64,000 nt of DNA from an uncultured Chloroflexia bacterium (GTDB lineage: Bacteria > Chloroflexota > Limnocylindria > QHBO01), in assembly GCA_963773405.1 (NCBI GenBank), contig CAVZAQ010000002.1, forward strand, positions 7,116 through 71,115, given 5' to 3'. The position numbers were made by a program, and so were the translations under genes. The notes under the pieces were generated by a model. That model ran no database searches. It was not told the origin of the DNA and was given only the letters and a program-made list of their open reading frames with translations. Position 1 is the stretch's first letter. Every line of letters starts with the position of its first letter. Below are positions 8,864 to 18,196 of this stretch, piece by piece.

Positions 8864-10252
8864 GGTTGAGTCCCCAGACTTGGTGTAACAGCGGATAGGC
8901 CGAGCAACGAAGCGGCCACCGCGCCATCCTCACGTCGTTGGAGTTGCTGACCGACGACAGGAGGTACACCACGGTGGCCGATGCCAGCATGACCCTGCTC
9001 GAGACCCTGCGCAAGGTGGGCGCCGACGGCGATGTCGACCTGCTGCGCGAGGGCGTCCGCATCCTCGCCGAGGCGATCATGGAGGCCGAGGTCAGTGAGC
9101 TGACCGGCGCGGCCAAGGGCCAGCGCGACCCGCAGCGCCGGCTGACCCACCGCAACGGGTACCGCGAACGGCGCTGGGATACCCGGGTCGGATCGGTGGC
9201 GCTGGCCATCCCCCGCGTCCGCGACGGCTCCTACTTTCCCAGCCTGCTCGAGCCCCGGCGACGTGCCGAGCGAGCGCTGCTGGCGGTGGTCCAGGAGGCC
9301 TACCTGAACGGGGTCTCCACCCGCCGCGTCGACGACCTGGTGCGGGCCCTGGGCATTGACGGCATCAGCAAGAGCGAGGTCAGCCGCATGTGCGCCGCGC
9401 TGGACGCCGAGGTCGAGACCTTCCGTGGCCGCTCGCTGGCCGAGATGGCCTTCCCCTACCTGTGGCTGGACGCCACCTACCTCAAGGTGCGCGAGGCGGG
9501 CCGCGTGGTGTCGATGGCGGTGCTGGTGGCGATCGGGGTGGCGGCCTCGGGCGAGCGCCGGGTGCTGGGCCTGGAGCTGGCCACCGGCAACGACGAGGGA
9601 TCGGCCTGGCCGCGCTTCGTGCGCTCGCTGGTCGAGCGCGGCCTGGGCGGGGTGCGCCTGGTGATCAGCGACGACCACGCCGGGCTGGTCAAGGCCGTGC
9701 GGGAGCAGCTGCTGGGTGCCTCCTGGCAGCGCTGCCGGGTGCACCTCACCCGCAACGCCCAGGACCTGGTGCCGCGCTCGGCGCGGAGCATGGTGGCCTC
9801 GGCCATCCGGATGGTCTTCGAGCAGCCCGACGGGCGCGCCGCCCGCGAGCAGCTGGACCGGGTCATCGACGGCCTGCGGCCACGCTTCGATGCCGTCGCC
9901 GAACTGCTGACCAGCGCCGAGCCGGACCTGCTGGCCCACTTCGCCTTCCCCGAGATCCATCGCCGCCAGATCCGCAGCACCAACCCGCTCGAGCGGCTGA
10001 ACAAGGAGATCAAGCGCCGCACCGGGGTGGTCGGCATCTTCCCCAACCGGGGCTCGGTCATTCGGCTGGTGGGCATGATCCTCGCCGAACAGGACGACGA
10101 GTGGCAGGACGGGCGGCGCTACTTCCGGCCCGAGACGATGGCCCTCATCGACGGCCCCGAACGAGAGGAGGTGGGCCAGGCGCTGCTCATCGCGAGCTGA
10201 GGATACCGACGTGAGGAGGCCGTTCTGTTACACCACGTCCTGGGACTTGACC
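8864..10252 (+). mobile_element. IS256-family insertion sequence, 1389 bp and apparently complete
   Basis: Imperfect ~28-bp terminal inverted repeats: GGTTGAGTCCCCAGACTTGGTGTAACAG at 8864-8891, against the reverse complement of 10225-10252, GGTCAAGTCCCAGGACGTGGTGTAACAG. It has a single mutator-type transposase gene and is flanked by an 8-bp direct repeat. Confidence 0.9.
8974..10200 (+). CDS. IS256-family (mutator-type) transposase
   Basis: RNGYRERRWDTRVGSVALAIPRVRDGSYFPSLLEPRRRAE...GVSTRRVDDLV...YLWLDATYLKVRE...LVISDDHAGL...WQRCRVHLTRN...NPLERLNKEIKRRT. A GTG at 8974 lies 9 nt after AGGAGG. The ORF track opens at a TTG at 8938. Confidence 0.9.
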   Translation: MADASMTLLETLRKVGADGDVDLLREGVRILAEAIMEAEVSELTGAAKGQRDPQRRLTHRNGYRERRWDTRVGSVALAIPRVRDGSYFPSLLEPRRRAERALLAVVQEAYLNGVSTRRVDDLVRALGIDGISKSEVSRMCAALDAEVETFRGRSLAEMAFPYLWLDATYLKVREAGRVVSMAVLVAIGVAASGERRVLGLELATGNDEGSAWPRFVRSLVERGLGGVRLVISDDHAGLVKAVREQLLGASWQRCRVHLTRNAQDLVPRSARSMVASAIRMVFEQPDGRAAREQLDRVIDGLRPRFDAVAELLTSAEPDLLAHFAFPEIHRRQIRSTNPLERLNKEIKRRTGVVGIFPNRGSVIRLVGMILAEQDDEWQDGRRYFRPETMALIDGPEREEVGQALLIAS

Positions 10253-10260
10253 CTTGCGGT
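10253..10260. repeat. Right copy of the 8-bp target-site duplication (CTTGCGGT)
   Basis: See 8856-8863. Confidence 0.85.
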
Positions 10261-10460
10261 TGACGGGCCGATGATGACGCGCTGCAGGGAGCGGAGATCG
10301 GCGTCCAAGACGCTCGCAGGCGGGCGACGGGTCTCCTCGGGAGATTGAACGCTCTGGCCGTCGCGGGACCCCTATCTGGTGAACCGGTGCCGCGGCTGTG
10401 TCCCCTGGGTCACTGGTCCCGGCCGCCGAGCTGTCCACGTGGACAGCGGCCATACGATGG

Positions 10461-12704
10461 ATGAGCGAAATGGCAGAGTCGCTGCGACGCATCACGCGGC
10501 CGCGGGTGGGGCGACTTGCATACCCCCTCCTGCTCGTCATGCTGCTCAGCCTCGGGGGCGCCGTTCGCGTGGCCGATCTTCTGCCCCTGACCTCCTTCGT
10601 CTATCCGGCGCTGCTCGCCGGATTCGCGCTTGGGCTCGCCGTCTCGGCCAGTCGCCTGCGGACCGTCAACGCGATCGGCCTCGGAGCGTTCGTGGGCTCA
10701 GCCGTGGTGATTGGCCTGATCGCGGTCGAGTACGGGCCTGCCGCGGGCCCGACCGGGCGACTGCTGGCCCTGCGGACCGATCTCCTGGGTTGGGCGGCGA
10801 GCCTGCTCAGCGGTGCGTGGCCGTCCGCCGCCTCTCCTGCCGCGCTGGTCCTTGGAAGCGTGCTGTGGGCGACGAGCTTCGTGGCTGCCCATGCCGTGTT
10901 CCGTCGATATCGTCCCGGCGACGCGGTCATGGTGATGGGTGCGTCGATGCTCGCCATCCAGTCGATCAGCCCCGTCGACGAGCTTGCGCTCCTGGTACCG
11001 TTCACCGCCGCAGCCCTTGGTCTCTGGGTCCAGGGAACGGCCCTGCGCCGGGCTTCCCGCTGGCGGAGACGCGGGCACCGAGCGGGGCGCGGGGTTGTGC
11101 CGGCGACCCTCCGGCTCGGGTTCTCCGCCGTTGCGCTGGCGGTGGCGTTGGCGTGGACGATGTCGAACACCCTGGTGGGGGCGCCGCTCGGGGGTGCAAT
11201 GACGGCCCTTGGACAGCTCGGGAGCCGGTTCGACAACCCGTTCTTCCCGGGCGGCCAACCCGCCGGATCTCAGTCGGAAGGCCTGCCGGTCACCTTCGGA
11301 TCGGGTCTGGTGATCCGGACGACGTGGAGCACCGACCAGCTCCCCGTGCTGACCGTGACGGGCAACGGAGGCGACCTGCTGATGGCCGCAGCGTACGACC
11401 AGTACACCGGCCAGGGCTGGCGCCAGACGCAGAGCTCCGCTCGTACCGTTGACGCGGGCGTTGAGATCAGCGCACCTGCTTCCCTGGACCTGGCGCTGGC
11501 GGGCGCGCGCCGGGACGCCACGGTCCGGGTGCACCTCTTGCGCTCGACCGGCCGGAGCCTTCTCACGCCGGGGATTCCCCGGGCGGCGGATATCGACGTC
11601 GTCGCGCTCGAGGCGGGAGAGGCGCCCACCCTGGTCGGGCTCGAAGCCACGCATCAGCTGCACGCCGGCGACGAGTACCGGCTTTCGGTCAGCGTGCCGA
11701 CCGCCTCCGAATACCAGCTGGCGCACGCCGGCACGGCCTATCCACGCGAGATCCTCCAGCGCTACGTGGGCGACCTGGGCACCGTGAGCACGGACACGCG
11801 GAAGCTAGCCGAGTGGATCGCGGCCCGCGCCGCGGCGCCCGATCCCTATCACGTCGCCGAATCTTTGGCCCGCTACCTGCGCGAGAGCGGTCGCTTCATG
11901 TATTCGACCACCACCAGCCTGCCCGCCACGGCCGGCGAGGATGTGGTGGACTGGTTCCTCTTCCATTCGCAGCGCGGGTACTGCGAGTACTTCGCGTCGG
12001 CCATGGTGGTCATGGCCCGCGCCGTCGGTCTGCCGGCACGGCTGGTCCTCGGGTATCACGACGGCACCCAGCAGAACGCCGAGAGCGTTGTCTACACCGA
12101 TGCCGACGCCCACGCCTGGGCGGAGATCTGGTTCCCGGGCTACGGCTGGCAACCGTTCGAGGCAACGAGCGGGTTTGCGGCGGTGCCACGCGTACCGGGT
12201 GGCCCCGAGGGCTCGATGGCCATCTTGCCCTCGTCGCCTCCGGTGCCATCGGCAACTCCGCGCGGCAGTGCGGCGCAGACGGCATTGTCCGGTTCCGCAC
12301 CGGGCCCGGGACCACTGCTCCCTGCCGGCCTCGCCGTCGCGTTGGTCGTCATGGCGCTCGCGTGGGTCGGGTGGATGACGCGACAGCGTCGGCTGCTCGC
12401 GGACCGCGGCAGCGACGCGAGGTTGTGGCGAGCGTTCGTCGTGGCCGCGCGTCGCGCGGGGGTGGGTCCTCGCGCCGCCGAAACGGTCTATGAGTACGCC
12501 GCCTGGCTGGAGGAACAGCTCCCCGCGCAGCGGTCGGAGATCGAGGCACTGGCTCACGGACGGGTGGTGAGAACGTACGCCGGCCGATCCCTGGGGAGCG
12601 ACGAGCTGGCCGGCATGTCATCGGCGTGGGATGGATTGCGCCGTCGGCTCACCTGGCTTACCGTTCGCCGCCGCCTGCGCAGGCTCCTGCGCCGTTCCGA
12701 TTGA
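10461..12704 (+). CDS. Transglutaminase-domain polytopic membrane protein (TgpA-like)
   Basis: Multiple N-terminal TM segments. Transglutaminase core GYCEYFASAMVVMARAVGLPARLVLGY...DAHAWAEIWFPGYGWQPFEAT carries the Cys/His/Asp triad. There is a C-terminal TM segment. The start at 10461 (MSEMAESL) is one of three in-frame candidates. Confidence 0.85.
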   Translation: MSEMAESLRRITRPRVGRLAYPLLLVMLLSLGGAVRVADLLPLTSFVYPALLAGFALGLAVSASRLRTVNAIGLGAFVGSAVVIGLIAVEYGPAAGPTGRLLALRTDLLGWAASLLSGAWPSAASPAALVLGSVLWATSFVAAHAVFRRYRPGDAVMVMGASMLAIQSISPVDELALLVPFTAAALGLWVQGTALRRASRWRRRGHRAGRGVVPATLRLGFSAVALAVALAWTMSNTLVGAPLGGAMTALGQLGSRFDNPFFPGGQPAGSQSEGLPVTFGSGLVIRTTWSTDQLPVLTVTGNGGDLLMAAAYDQYTGQGWRQTQSSARTVDAGVEISAPASLDLALAGARRDATVRVHLLRSTGRSLLTPGIPRAADIDVVALEAGEAPTLVGLEATHQLHAGDEYRLSVSVPTASEYQLAHAGTAYPREILQRYVGDLGTVSTDTRKLAEWIAARAAAPDPYHVAESLARYLRESGRFMYSTTTSLPATAGEDVVDWFLFHSQRGYCEYFASAMVVMARAVGLPARLVLGYHDGTQQNAESVVYTDADAHAWAEIWFPGYGWQPFEATSGFAAVPRVPGGPEGSMAILPSSPPVPSATPRGSAAQTALSGSAPGPGPLLPAGLAVALVVMALAWVGWMTRQRRLLADRGSDARLWRAFVVAARRAGVGPRAAETVYEYAAWLEEQLPAQRSEIEALAHGRVVRTYAGRSLGSDELAGMSSAWDGLRRRLTWLTVRRRLRRLLRRSD

Positions 12705-12779
12705 CCCCAGGGAACGATTCGGGCGTATCGTCCGCCATACCGTCCGGGGGAGCCATCGAGACGAGGAGAGGGGAGGAGC

Positions 12780-13325
12780 GTGCCGCGCGAGCTGGTGGTT
12801 CGGGCGCAGCACGGCGACGGGGACGCCTTCGAGGCGCTCGTCACCGCATCGGCCGATCGCTGGTACGCCACCGCCTCCCTCATCCTCCACGATCGCAGCC
12901 GGGCGGAGGATGCCGTGCAGGAGACCATGATCCGGGCCTGGCGCGACCTGCCCCGCCTCCGCGACCCGGAGCGCTTCGACGCCTGGGCGCGGCGCATCCT
13001 GGTCCATGCCTGCGTGGACCTCGCGCGGTCTGGCCGCCATCGGCGAACTGAGCTTCCGCTGCCGACCGATGTCGCCTCGACCTCGGATCCCGCGCGGGTC
13101 ATCACTGACCGCGATGCCGTCACCACGGCCTTCGCCGAGCTGACCGCAGAGCATCGGGCCATCCTGGTCCTGCGCCACTACCTGGGCCACTCCGTCCCAG
13201 AGGTGGCCGATGCGCTGGGCATCCCGCTCGGCACCGCCAAGTCACGGCTCTCGCGGGCGGAGGCTGCCATGCGAGCCGTCCTCGAGACCGATGGCGAGAC
13301 CGTCACCGAGGGAGGCACGGCATGA
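12780..13325 (+). CDS. ECF-type sigma-70 family sigma factor
   Basis: GTG start after GGGGAGGAG. Region 2 (AEDAVQETMIRAWRDLPRLRDPERFDAWARRILVHACVD) and region 4 (ILVLRHYLGHSVPEVADALGIPLGTAKSRLSRA). Confidence 0.9.
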   Translation: MPRELVVRAQHGDGDAFEALVTASADRWYATASLILHDRSRAEDAVQETMIRAWRDLPRLRDPERFDAWARRILVHACVDLARSGRHRRTELPLPTDVASTSDPARVITDRDAVTTAFAELTAEHRAILVLRHYLGHSVPEVADALGIPLGTAKSRLSRAEAAMRAVLETDGETVTEGGTA

Positions 13326-15430
13326 ACGGCCAGGACCGCTTCGAGACCGACCTGCGAGGATGGCTGCACGACCAGGCGCCGCGCTCCGCACCGGAGGGCC
13401 TGGTGCCCACAGGGATGTCCGCAGTCCGTGGTATTCCGCAGCGCCGGACTTTGGCCTGGTTCTTCGCGACGCCGCCGGTCGTCCGCGTCCTGGCGGCAGG
13501 CGTGGTCGTCGCGGGCGTCTTGGCCGCTGCGCTGCTCCTGGACGTCCTGCCATCGACCGCCCCTGGTGTCTCGCCTAGCCCATTGGCGTCTCCGGCGTAC
13601 ACCTTGACCTGCGGTCTGGCCGACGGCTGCGACGAGCTCATTCCCGTGGTGCAGGGTGCCGTCGCGTACCTCCACGCGCCCGTCGAGTCCATCACCGTCG
13701 ACGACGGTACCTACTGCCTCGTCGATCCCTATGACCCGATCATCTGCTCGATTATCGCGCCCCCGCAGGGAGCCACGTACATCGCTCGGGCTCGGGTCCG
13801 GTTCAGCGGGCTGACGCAGGAGGCGTTCCTGAACCTCTACCGGTTCGCCGACGCGAAGGATCGGCTCACGGGTGCCATCGGCTACCACATCAACGTCCTG
13901 GAGCGGCCCGCGCTCCAGGCGGCTACCGTGACCTGCGGCGCACCGCGGTGCCAGGACATCCTCGACGTGATCACCCCGGCCGTGGCCGACGTCGCGAAGC
14001 CGATCCGCGCGATCGACATCACGACAGGCTCCTTCTGCCTCGGCGACCCGTTCCACGCCATCCCGTGCGCGCCCCCCTTGAAGTCGGACGCGTCTCCGAT
14101 CGGAAGCGCCGAGGTGCGGTTCTGGTTGAGTCCACTCCACGCCTTCTTCAACCTCTACGTGGACGCGCACGGCGCGATCGTGTACGACCGCAATGACCTC
14201 CCCGAACCCGGTTCGACCGAGCCGCCCGCGTCGCCATCGGCCTCTGAGCCCGTAGGGCAGCCGGGCTTCACGACCAATGCGCCGCCAGCGGCCGACGCGA
14301 CATGGACCTCGATCACCTGGACGCGGCTCGCGCAGGACGACGTCCGTACCAAGGTGGCTCGGGTCGTTCGCTGGTCGGGCGGGTACATCGCCCTGGGGCA
14401 GGAGGTCCTGGACTCGGGTCTCAATATGCGCACGCCAGCCTGGATCTCCGCGGACGGCGTGACCTGGGCTCCGCTGCGGCCGAGCGTATTCGGATTCTCG
14501 ACGGTGATTGTCGGCGTCGTGGAGGTGCCGGGCGGCCTGGTTGCAATCACCGCCACGTCCCCGTCTTGTCTCACGAGCCCGTGCCCCTCGATCCGTGGTG
14601 TCCTGGCCTCGTGGACCTCGACCGACGGGCGGAGTTGGACGAGACACCCGGGGCCCGGCCTCATTGCGGACGGCGTCGACGAGCAACCACCGGTTGTGGC
14701 CAGCGGCCCGGGGGGCATCGTCGTCGCGACAGGGCAGATCTTCAGCCGGACCGGCGGCGTCCAGCAGGAGACGGAAGGGGCCATCTCACGAGACGGCATG
14801 ACCTGGACCCCCATCCCCACCTCCGCGTTCCCGGACGGGTTCGTCCTGGGTGGCCTCTGGGGCCGGGCAGATGGCTATGCGGCGGTGGGTGCAATCGGAC
14901 CGGACATCGAGAACACGACCGGGCTCGCGCTCTGGTCTAGCGACGGCGAGACCTGGGCGCCGGCCGAGGGGGCCTTGGTTGCCGTCCGGGGCGGGAACGC
15001 GCTCGTCGTTACCGGGCCCCCCGGGTGGAGCGTGGGGTCGATCGACTCGGGATCGGATGGCGCGATTGCTATCGGCGGCATCGCAGCAGCGCCAGGTATG
15101 ACCCTGTGGTGGCAGTCGAGTGATGGGCGTCACTGGCACAAGCTCGAGAACTACCCGCCCATCGGTGCCTGGCCAGGCCCGGGCGAGGGGATGAACGGCA
15201 TTCCGGACGGCTGGATGACGAGTGATGGGAACCGGCTGGCAGCGCTGCGTTTGAGGGCGGATCCGACGGCGTGGGTGTCGTTCGACGGTGCCAGCTGGAC
15301 GTCGGTGCCCATGAAGGGCGACGTCCCCCGCAACCCGGAAAACACCGGTGTGCTCACCGTGCTCCCGGGCGGCCTGCTGTACACCGACAACGGCGGCAAC
15401 TGGTGGTACGGGGCGGCTTCCGCGCCCTGA
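13322..15430 (+). CDS. Single-pass membrane protein (anti-sigma position) with an extracytoplasmic Asp-box/BNR beta-propeller
   Basis: ATGA overlap with the sigma gene. One TM segment (VRVLAAGVVVAGVLAAALLL). Six SxDGxxW Asp-boxes: SADGVTW, STDGRSW, SRDGMTW, SSDGETW, SSDGRHW, SFDGASW. Confidence 0.75.
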   Translation: MNGQDRFETDLRGWLHDQAPRSAPEGLVPTGMSAVRGIPQRRTLAWFFATPPVVRVLAAGVVVAGVLAAALLLDVLPSTAPGVSPSPLASPAYTLTCGLADGCDELIPVVQGAVAYLHAPVESITVDDGTYCLVDPYDPIICSIIAPPQGATYIARARVRFSGLTQEAFLNLYRFADAKDRLTGAIGYHINVLERPALQAATVTCGAPRCQDILDVITPAVADVAKPIRAIDITTGSFCLGDPFHAIPCAPPLKSDASPIGSAEVRFWLSPLHAFFNLYVDAHGAIVYDRNDLPEPGSTEPPASPSASEPVGQPGFTTNAPPAADATWTSITWTRLAQDDVRTKVARVVRWSGGYIALGQEVLDSGLNMRTPAWISADGVTWAPLRPSVFGFSTVIVGVVEVPGGLVAITATSPSCLTSPCPSIRGVLASWTSTDGRSWTRHPGPGLIADGVDEQPPVVASGPGGIVVATGQIFSRTGGVQQETEGAISRDGMTWTPIPTSAFPDGFVLGGLWGRADGYAAVGAIGPDIENTTGLALWSSDGETWAPAEGALVAVRGGNALVVTGPPGWSVGSIDSGSDGAIAIGGIAAAPGMTLWWQSSDGRHWHKLENYPPIGAWPGPGEGMNGIPDGWMTSDGNRLAALRLRADPTAWVSFDGASWTSVPMKGDVPRNPENTGVLTVLPGGLLYTDNGGNWWYGAASAP

Positions 15431-15441
15431 AGACCTCTCGC

Positions 15442-15744
15442 TCAGGCTTCGCGCCCGCGGAGCAGGGAGACCTTGAAGGGCCGCAGCTCACCGGTTGCGA
15501 AGCCACCGGCGATGGCCGGGTCCTCATCCATGATCCTGCGGGCGGCCCCCTCGTCGGGCGCCTCGAAGATGGCGATTCCCGTGTTGATGCGACCCAGCGT
15601 GGGTCCCACGAGGATCAGCGAGCCCTCCGCGAGCATGCGTTCGAAGCGGGCGAAGTGGACGCCCCATGCATCCTGCTCCTGCGCGGTCATGGTGGCCGCG
15701 AAGTCCTCGCGCGGGGGATGGATGAAGTAGATCCACTCGGGCAT
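15442..15744 (-). CDS. YciI-family protein
   Basis: The last 100 aa of ORF 15442..16290, starting MPEWIYFIHPPREDFAATMT...LILVGPTLG...GIAIFEAPDEGAARRIMDEDPAI, match YciI in size and pattern. Confidence 0.8.
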   Translation of the reverse strand: MPEWIYFIHPPREDFAATMTAQEQDAWGVHFARFERMLAEGSLILVGPTLGRINTGIAIFEAPDEGAARRIMDEDPAIAGGFATGELRPFKVSLLRGREA

Positions 15745-16042
15745 GGGCGGGGACGCTCCCTGGGGTCGGTGCATGTTTGCCACACGACCATACGACCGGC
15801 GGGCGCGCGGCGCGGGTGGCTCTGGCGGGCATCGACGGTCATTTCGCTCGTCACGCGAACCGGGCGGCCGCGGACGCGACCTCCAGGCATGGCGGATCCG
15901 TCGCCGGCGGTCACAGGGTTCGCCAGACGAACACCCCGAGCCAGCCAGCACCTGGGCGGATATCGCCGCGACCGCGGGTCCCGAGCTTCGGGTCCGTTCA
16001 GCCCCTTGCGCTTCGCGCCGCGGACCGCTGGAATGGTGCGTA

Positions 16043-16778
16043 ATGTTCGGTCGCATCCCGTTCCTCCATCCGCCGGCCATGCCGGATCCCTCGCAGCCGC
16101 ACGAGACGCGCGCCACGAGCGTGCTGCGCCCCGTGGTGTTCGGCGGGAACGACGGCCTGGTCTCCAACCTTGCGCTGGTGATGGGCGTCGCCGGCGCGAA
16201 CCCGGCGCCGGGGATCATCGTGCTGGCCGGCATCGCGGGCCTCCTGGCCGGCGCCTTCAGCATGGGCGTGGGGGAGTACATCAGCGTCAAGAGCCAGCAG
16301 GAGCTGCTCGCCTACCAGCTCGCCTTCCAGCGCCACCAGCTGCGCGAGGCATCCGAGCAGGAGCGGCAGATCCTCATCGGCATCTACCGGGACCGCGGCT
16401 TCACGGAGCAGGAGGCGGCCACGTTCGTCGACCGCGTGTTCGCCGATCCCGAGGCCGCCACCCGGCTCCTCATCTTCGAGGAGGTCGGCCTGGACGCCCG
16501 GTCCATCGGGTCGCCGTGGACGGCCGGCATCGGCTCCTTCTTCGCCTTCACGCTGGGTGCCCTGATCCCGCTGGTGCCCTACCTGCTCACCTCGGGCGGG
16601 CTGGCCTTCGGACTGAGCCTGGTCGTCAGCCTGGCGGCGCTGTTCGTGCTGGGCGTGGGGGTCAGCATCATGACCCACCGCAGCCCGCTGCTCACCGGCC
16701 TGCGCCAGCTGGCGCTGGGCGGCGATCGCGGCCGCAGTGACCTTCGGGGTCGGCTCGCTGATCGGGGTCAGCGTCTAG
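16043..16778 (+). pseudogene. VIT1/CCC1-family Fe/Mn transporter with an apparent 1-nt frameshift near the 3' end
   Basis: VVFGGNDGLVSNLALVMGVAG...GAFSMGVGEYISVKSQ...IPLVPYL. After ...LRQLALG (about 16718) the family-typical tail AAIAAAVTFGVGSLIGVSV* is in the next frame and stops at the TAG at 16776-16778. The uncorrected frame runs on to 16975 through arsM. Confidence 0.75.
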
Positions 16779-17582
16779 CAGCAGCCGGAGCCGCCGCAGC
16801 ATCCTCCGGTCGCCATCGGCAGCTCGGTCGGCGTCAGCGAGACCGATGGCGCCGCATCCGCGGGCTTCACCGCCTTCACGATGGCGCTGTGCATCCCCTC
16901 GGCCACGGCGTGGGTCGGGGTGACGGAGACATCGGCCAGGCCAACCGCGCGCAGGCCGGCCGTCGAACTCGCTGAAGCTCAGCGCGCCGGCGATGCAGCC
17001 CGCGTACGAGCCGCGCTCCGCGCGCTGCTCGGGGGTGAGCGAGTCATCCGCGACGATGTCGGTGATCCCGATCCGGCCGCCGGGGCGCAGGACCCGGGCG
17101 ATCTCGCGGAAGACGGACGGCTTGTCCGCAGCGAGGTTCACGACACAGTTGCTGATCACCACGTCCACCGAGTCAGAGGGCAGCGGGATGGCCTCGATGG
17201 TGCCCTTGAGGAACTCGACGTTCGTGGCGCCCGACTCCGCCGCGTTGCGCTGGGCCAGGGCCAGCATCTCATCGGTCATGTCCAGGCCGATGGCGCGCCC
17301 TTGCGGGCCCACCCGCTTCGCGGAGAGGAGGACGTCGATCCCGCCGCCGGAGCCCAGGTCCAGGACCCGCTCCCCCGGGTGCAGGTCCGCGACGGCGAGC
17401 GGGTTGCCGCAGCCGAGTGAGGCCATGACGGCGGCGTCCGGCAGCTCGGCGCGCTCCAGGGCGGAGTACAGATCCGGACCGATGCCCGGCTCGTCGCAGC
17501 AGGCCGCCGCCCCGGTGCTCTGGACGCTGCGCGCTGCCTGCGCGTACCGCTCGCGCACCTGCTCGTGGATCTGGTTGGTCAT
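16775..17582 (-). pseudogene. arsM: Arsenite S-adenosylmethionine methyltransferase, with an apparent 1-nt frameshift near 16960
   Basis: MTNQIHEQVRERYAQAA...ACCD...VLDLGSGGGIDV...VISNCVVNL...GSYAGCIAGALSFSEF. The expected tail GLRAVGLADVSVTPTHAVAEGMHSAIVKAVKP...GGCCGGSGCC* is in another frame and ends at 16775. Confidence 0.85.
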
Positions 17583-17614
17583 GGGTCTGGTGCTCCTTCG
17601 CGCCGTTGTGTTGC

Positions 17615-17908
17615 TCAGCCGAGCTGGACGAGCCCGGACAGGGTCGAGCCGATCCCCGTCCAGCGATGGGCGAAGTCCGGCGAGAGGTCGTAGTAGATGT
17701 AGGTGCCGCGTCGCTCCGTGGTGACCAGGCCGGCCTCGCGCAGGACGCGGAGGTGGTGGCTCACGGTGGGCTGGCTGACCGTGCAGCATTCGGTGAAGTC
17801 ACAGGCACAGACCGCCCCGTCCGCGCCGGCGAGCTGGCGCACGATGCTGAGGCGCACCGGGTCGGCGAGGGCCTGGAGGAGCTGGATGTCGGGGTCTGCT
17901 GACTTCAC
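17615..17908 (-). CDS. arsR: ArsR/SmtB-family metalloregulator
   Basis: LLQALADPVRLSIVRQLAG...VCACDFTECCTVSQPTVSHHLRVLREAGLV. A GTG at 17908 gives about 97 aa. It lies directly upstream of arsM. Confidence 0.85.
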   Translation of the reverse strand: MKSADPDIQLLQALADPVRLSIVRQLAGADGAVCACDFTECCTVSQPTVSHHLRVLREAGLVTTERRGTYIYYDLSPDFAHRWTGIGSTLSGLVQLG

Positions 17909-17917
17909 GCTGGCATT

Positions 17918-17927
17918 ATATCGATAT
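17918..17927. promoter_or_regulatory. Perfect 10-bp palindrome ATATCGATAT in an AT-rich patch upstream of arsR; candidate operator or promoter
   Basis: This is the only AT-rich stretch in the area (CATTATATCGATATGGGTCAATATAGCC), 10 nt upstream of the proposed arsR start. Confidence 0.4.
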
Positions 17928-18196
17928 GGGTCAATATAGCCCTGCGGGTTGGCTGGCCTCCCGACGGTGGCGATTCTGTAACCGATCATCGGCCGCGCGG
18001 CGCTTCGGTGGCTCCCGGCAACGCTGCGTTCCGGCAACGCACCAGAACGGAGCCTGACGAGAGAGATCGGGGCTGCTCCGGGGCGCCCGACGCCTGTCGG
18101 GTGACGGACCCGTCACATGCCGTCGCCGGAAGGGCGTGGCGACGTGGCCGGACGGAGGATTGGTACCCCCGCAACAACGGCGGGTCCGTGACCCGG

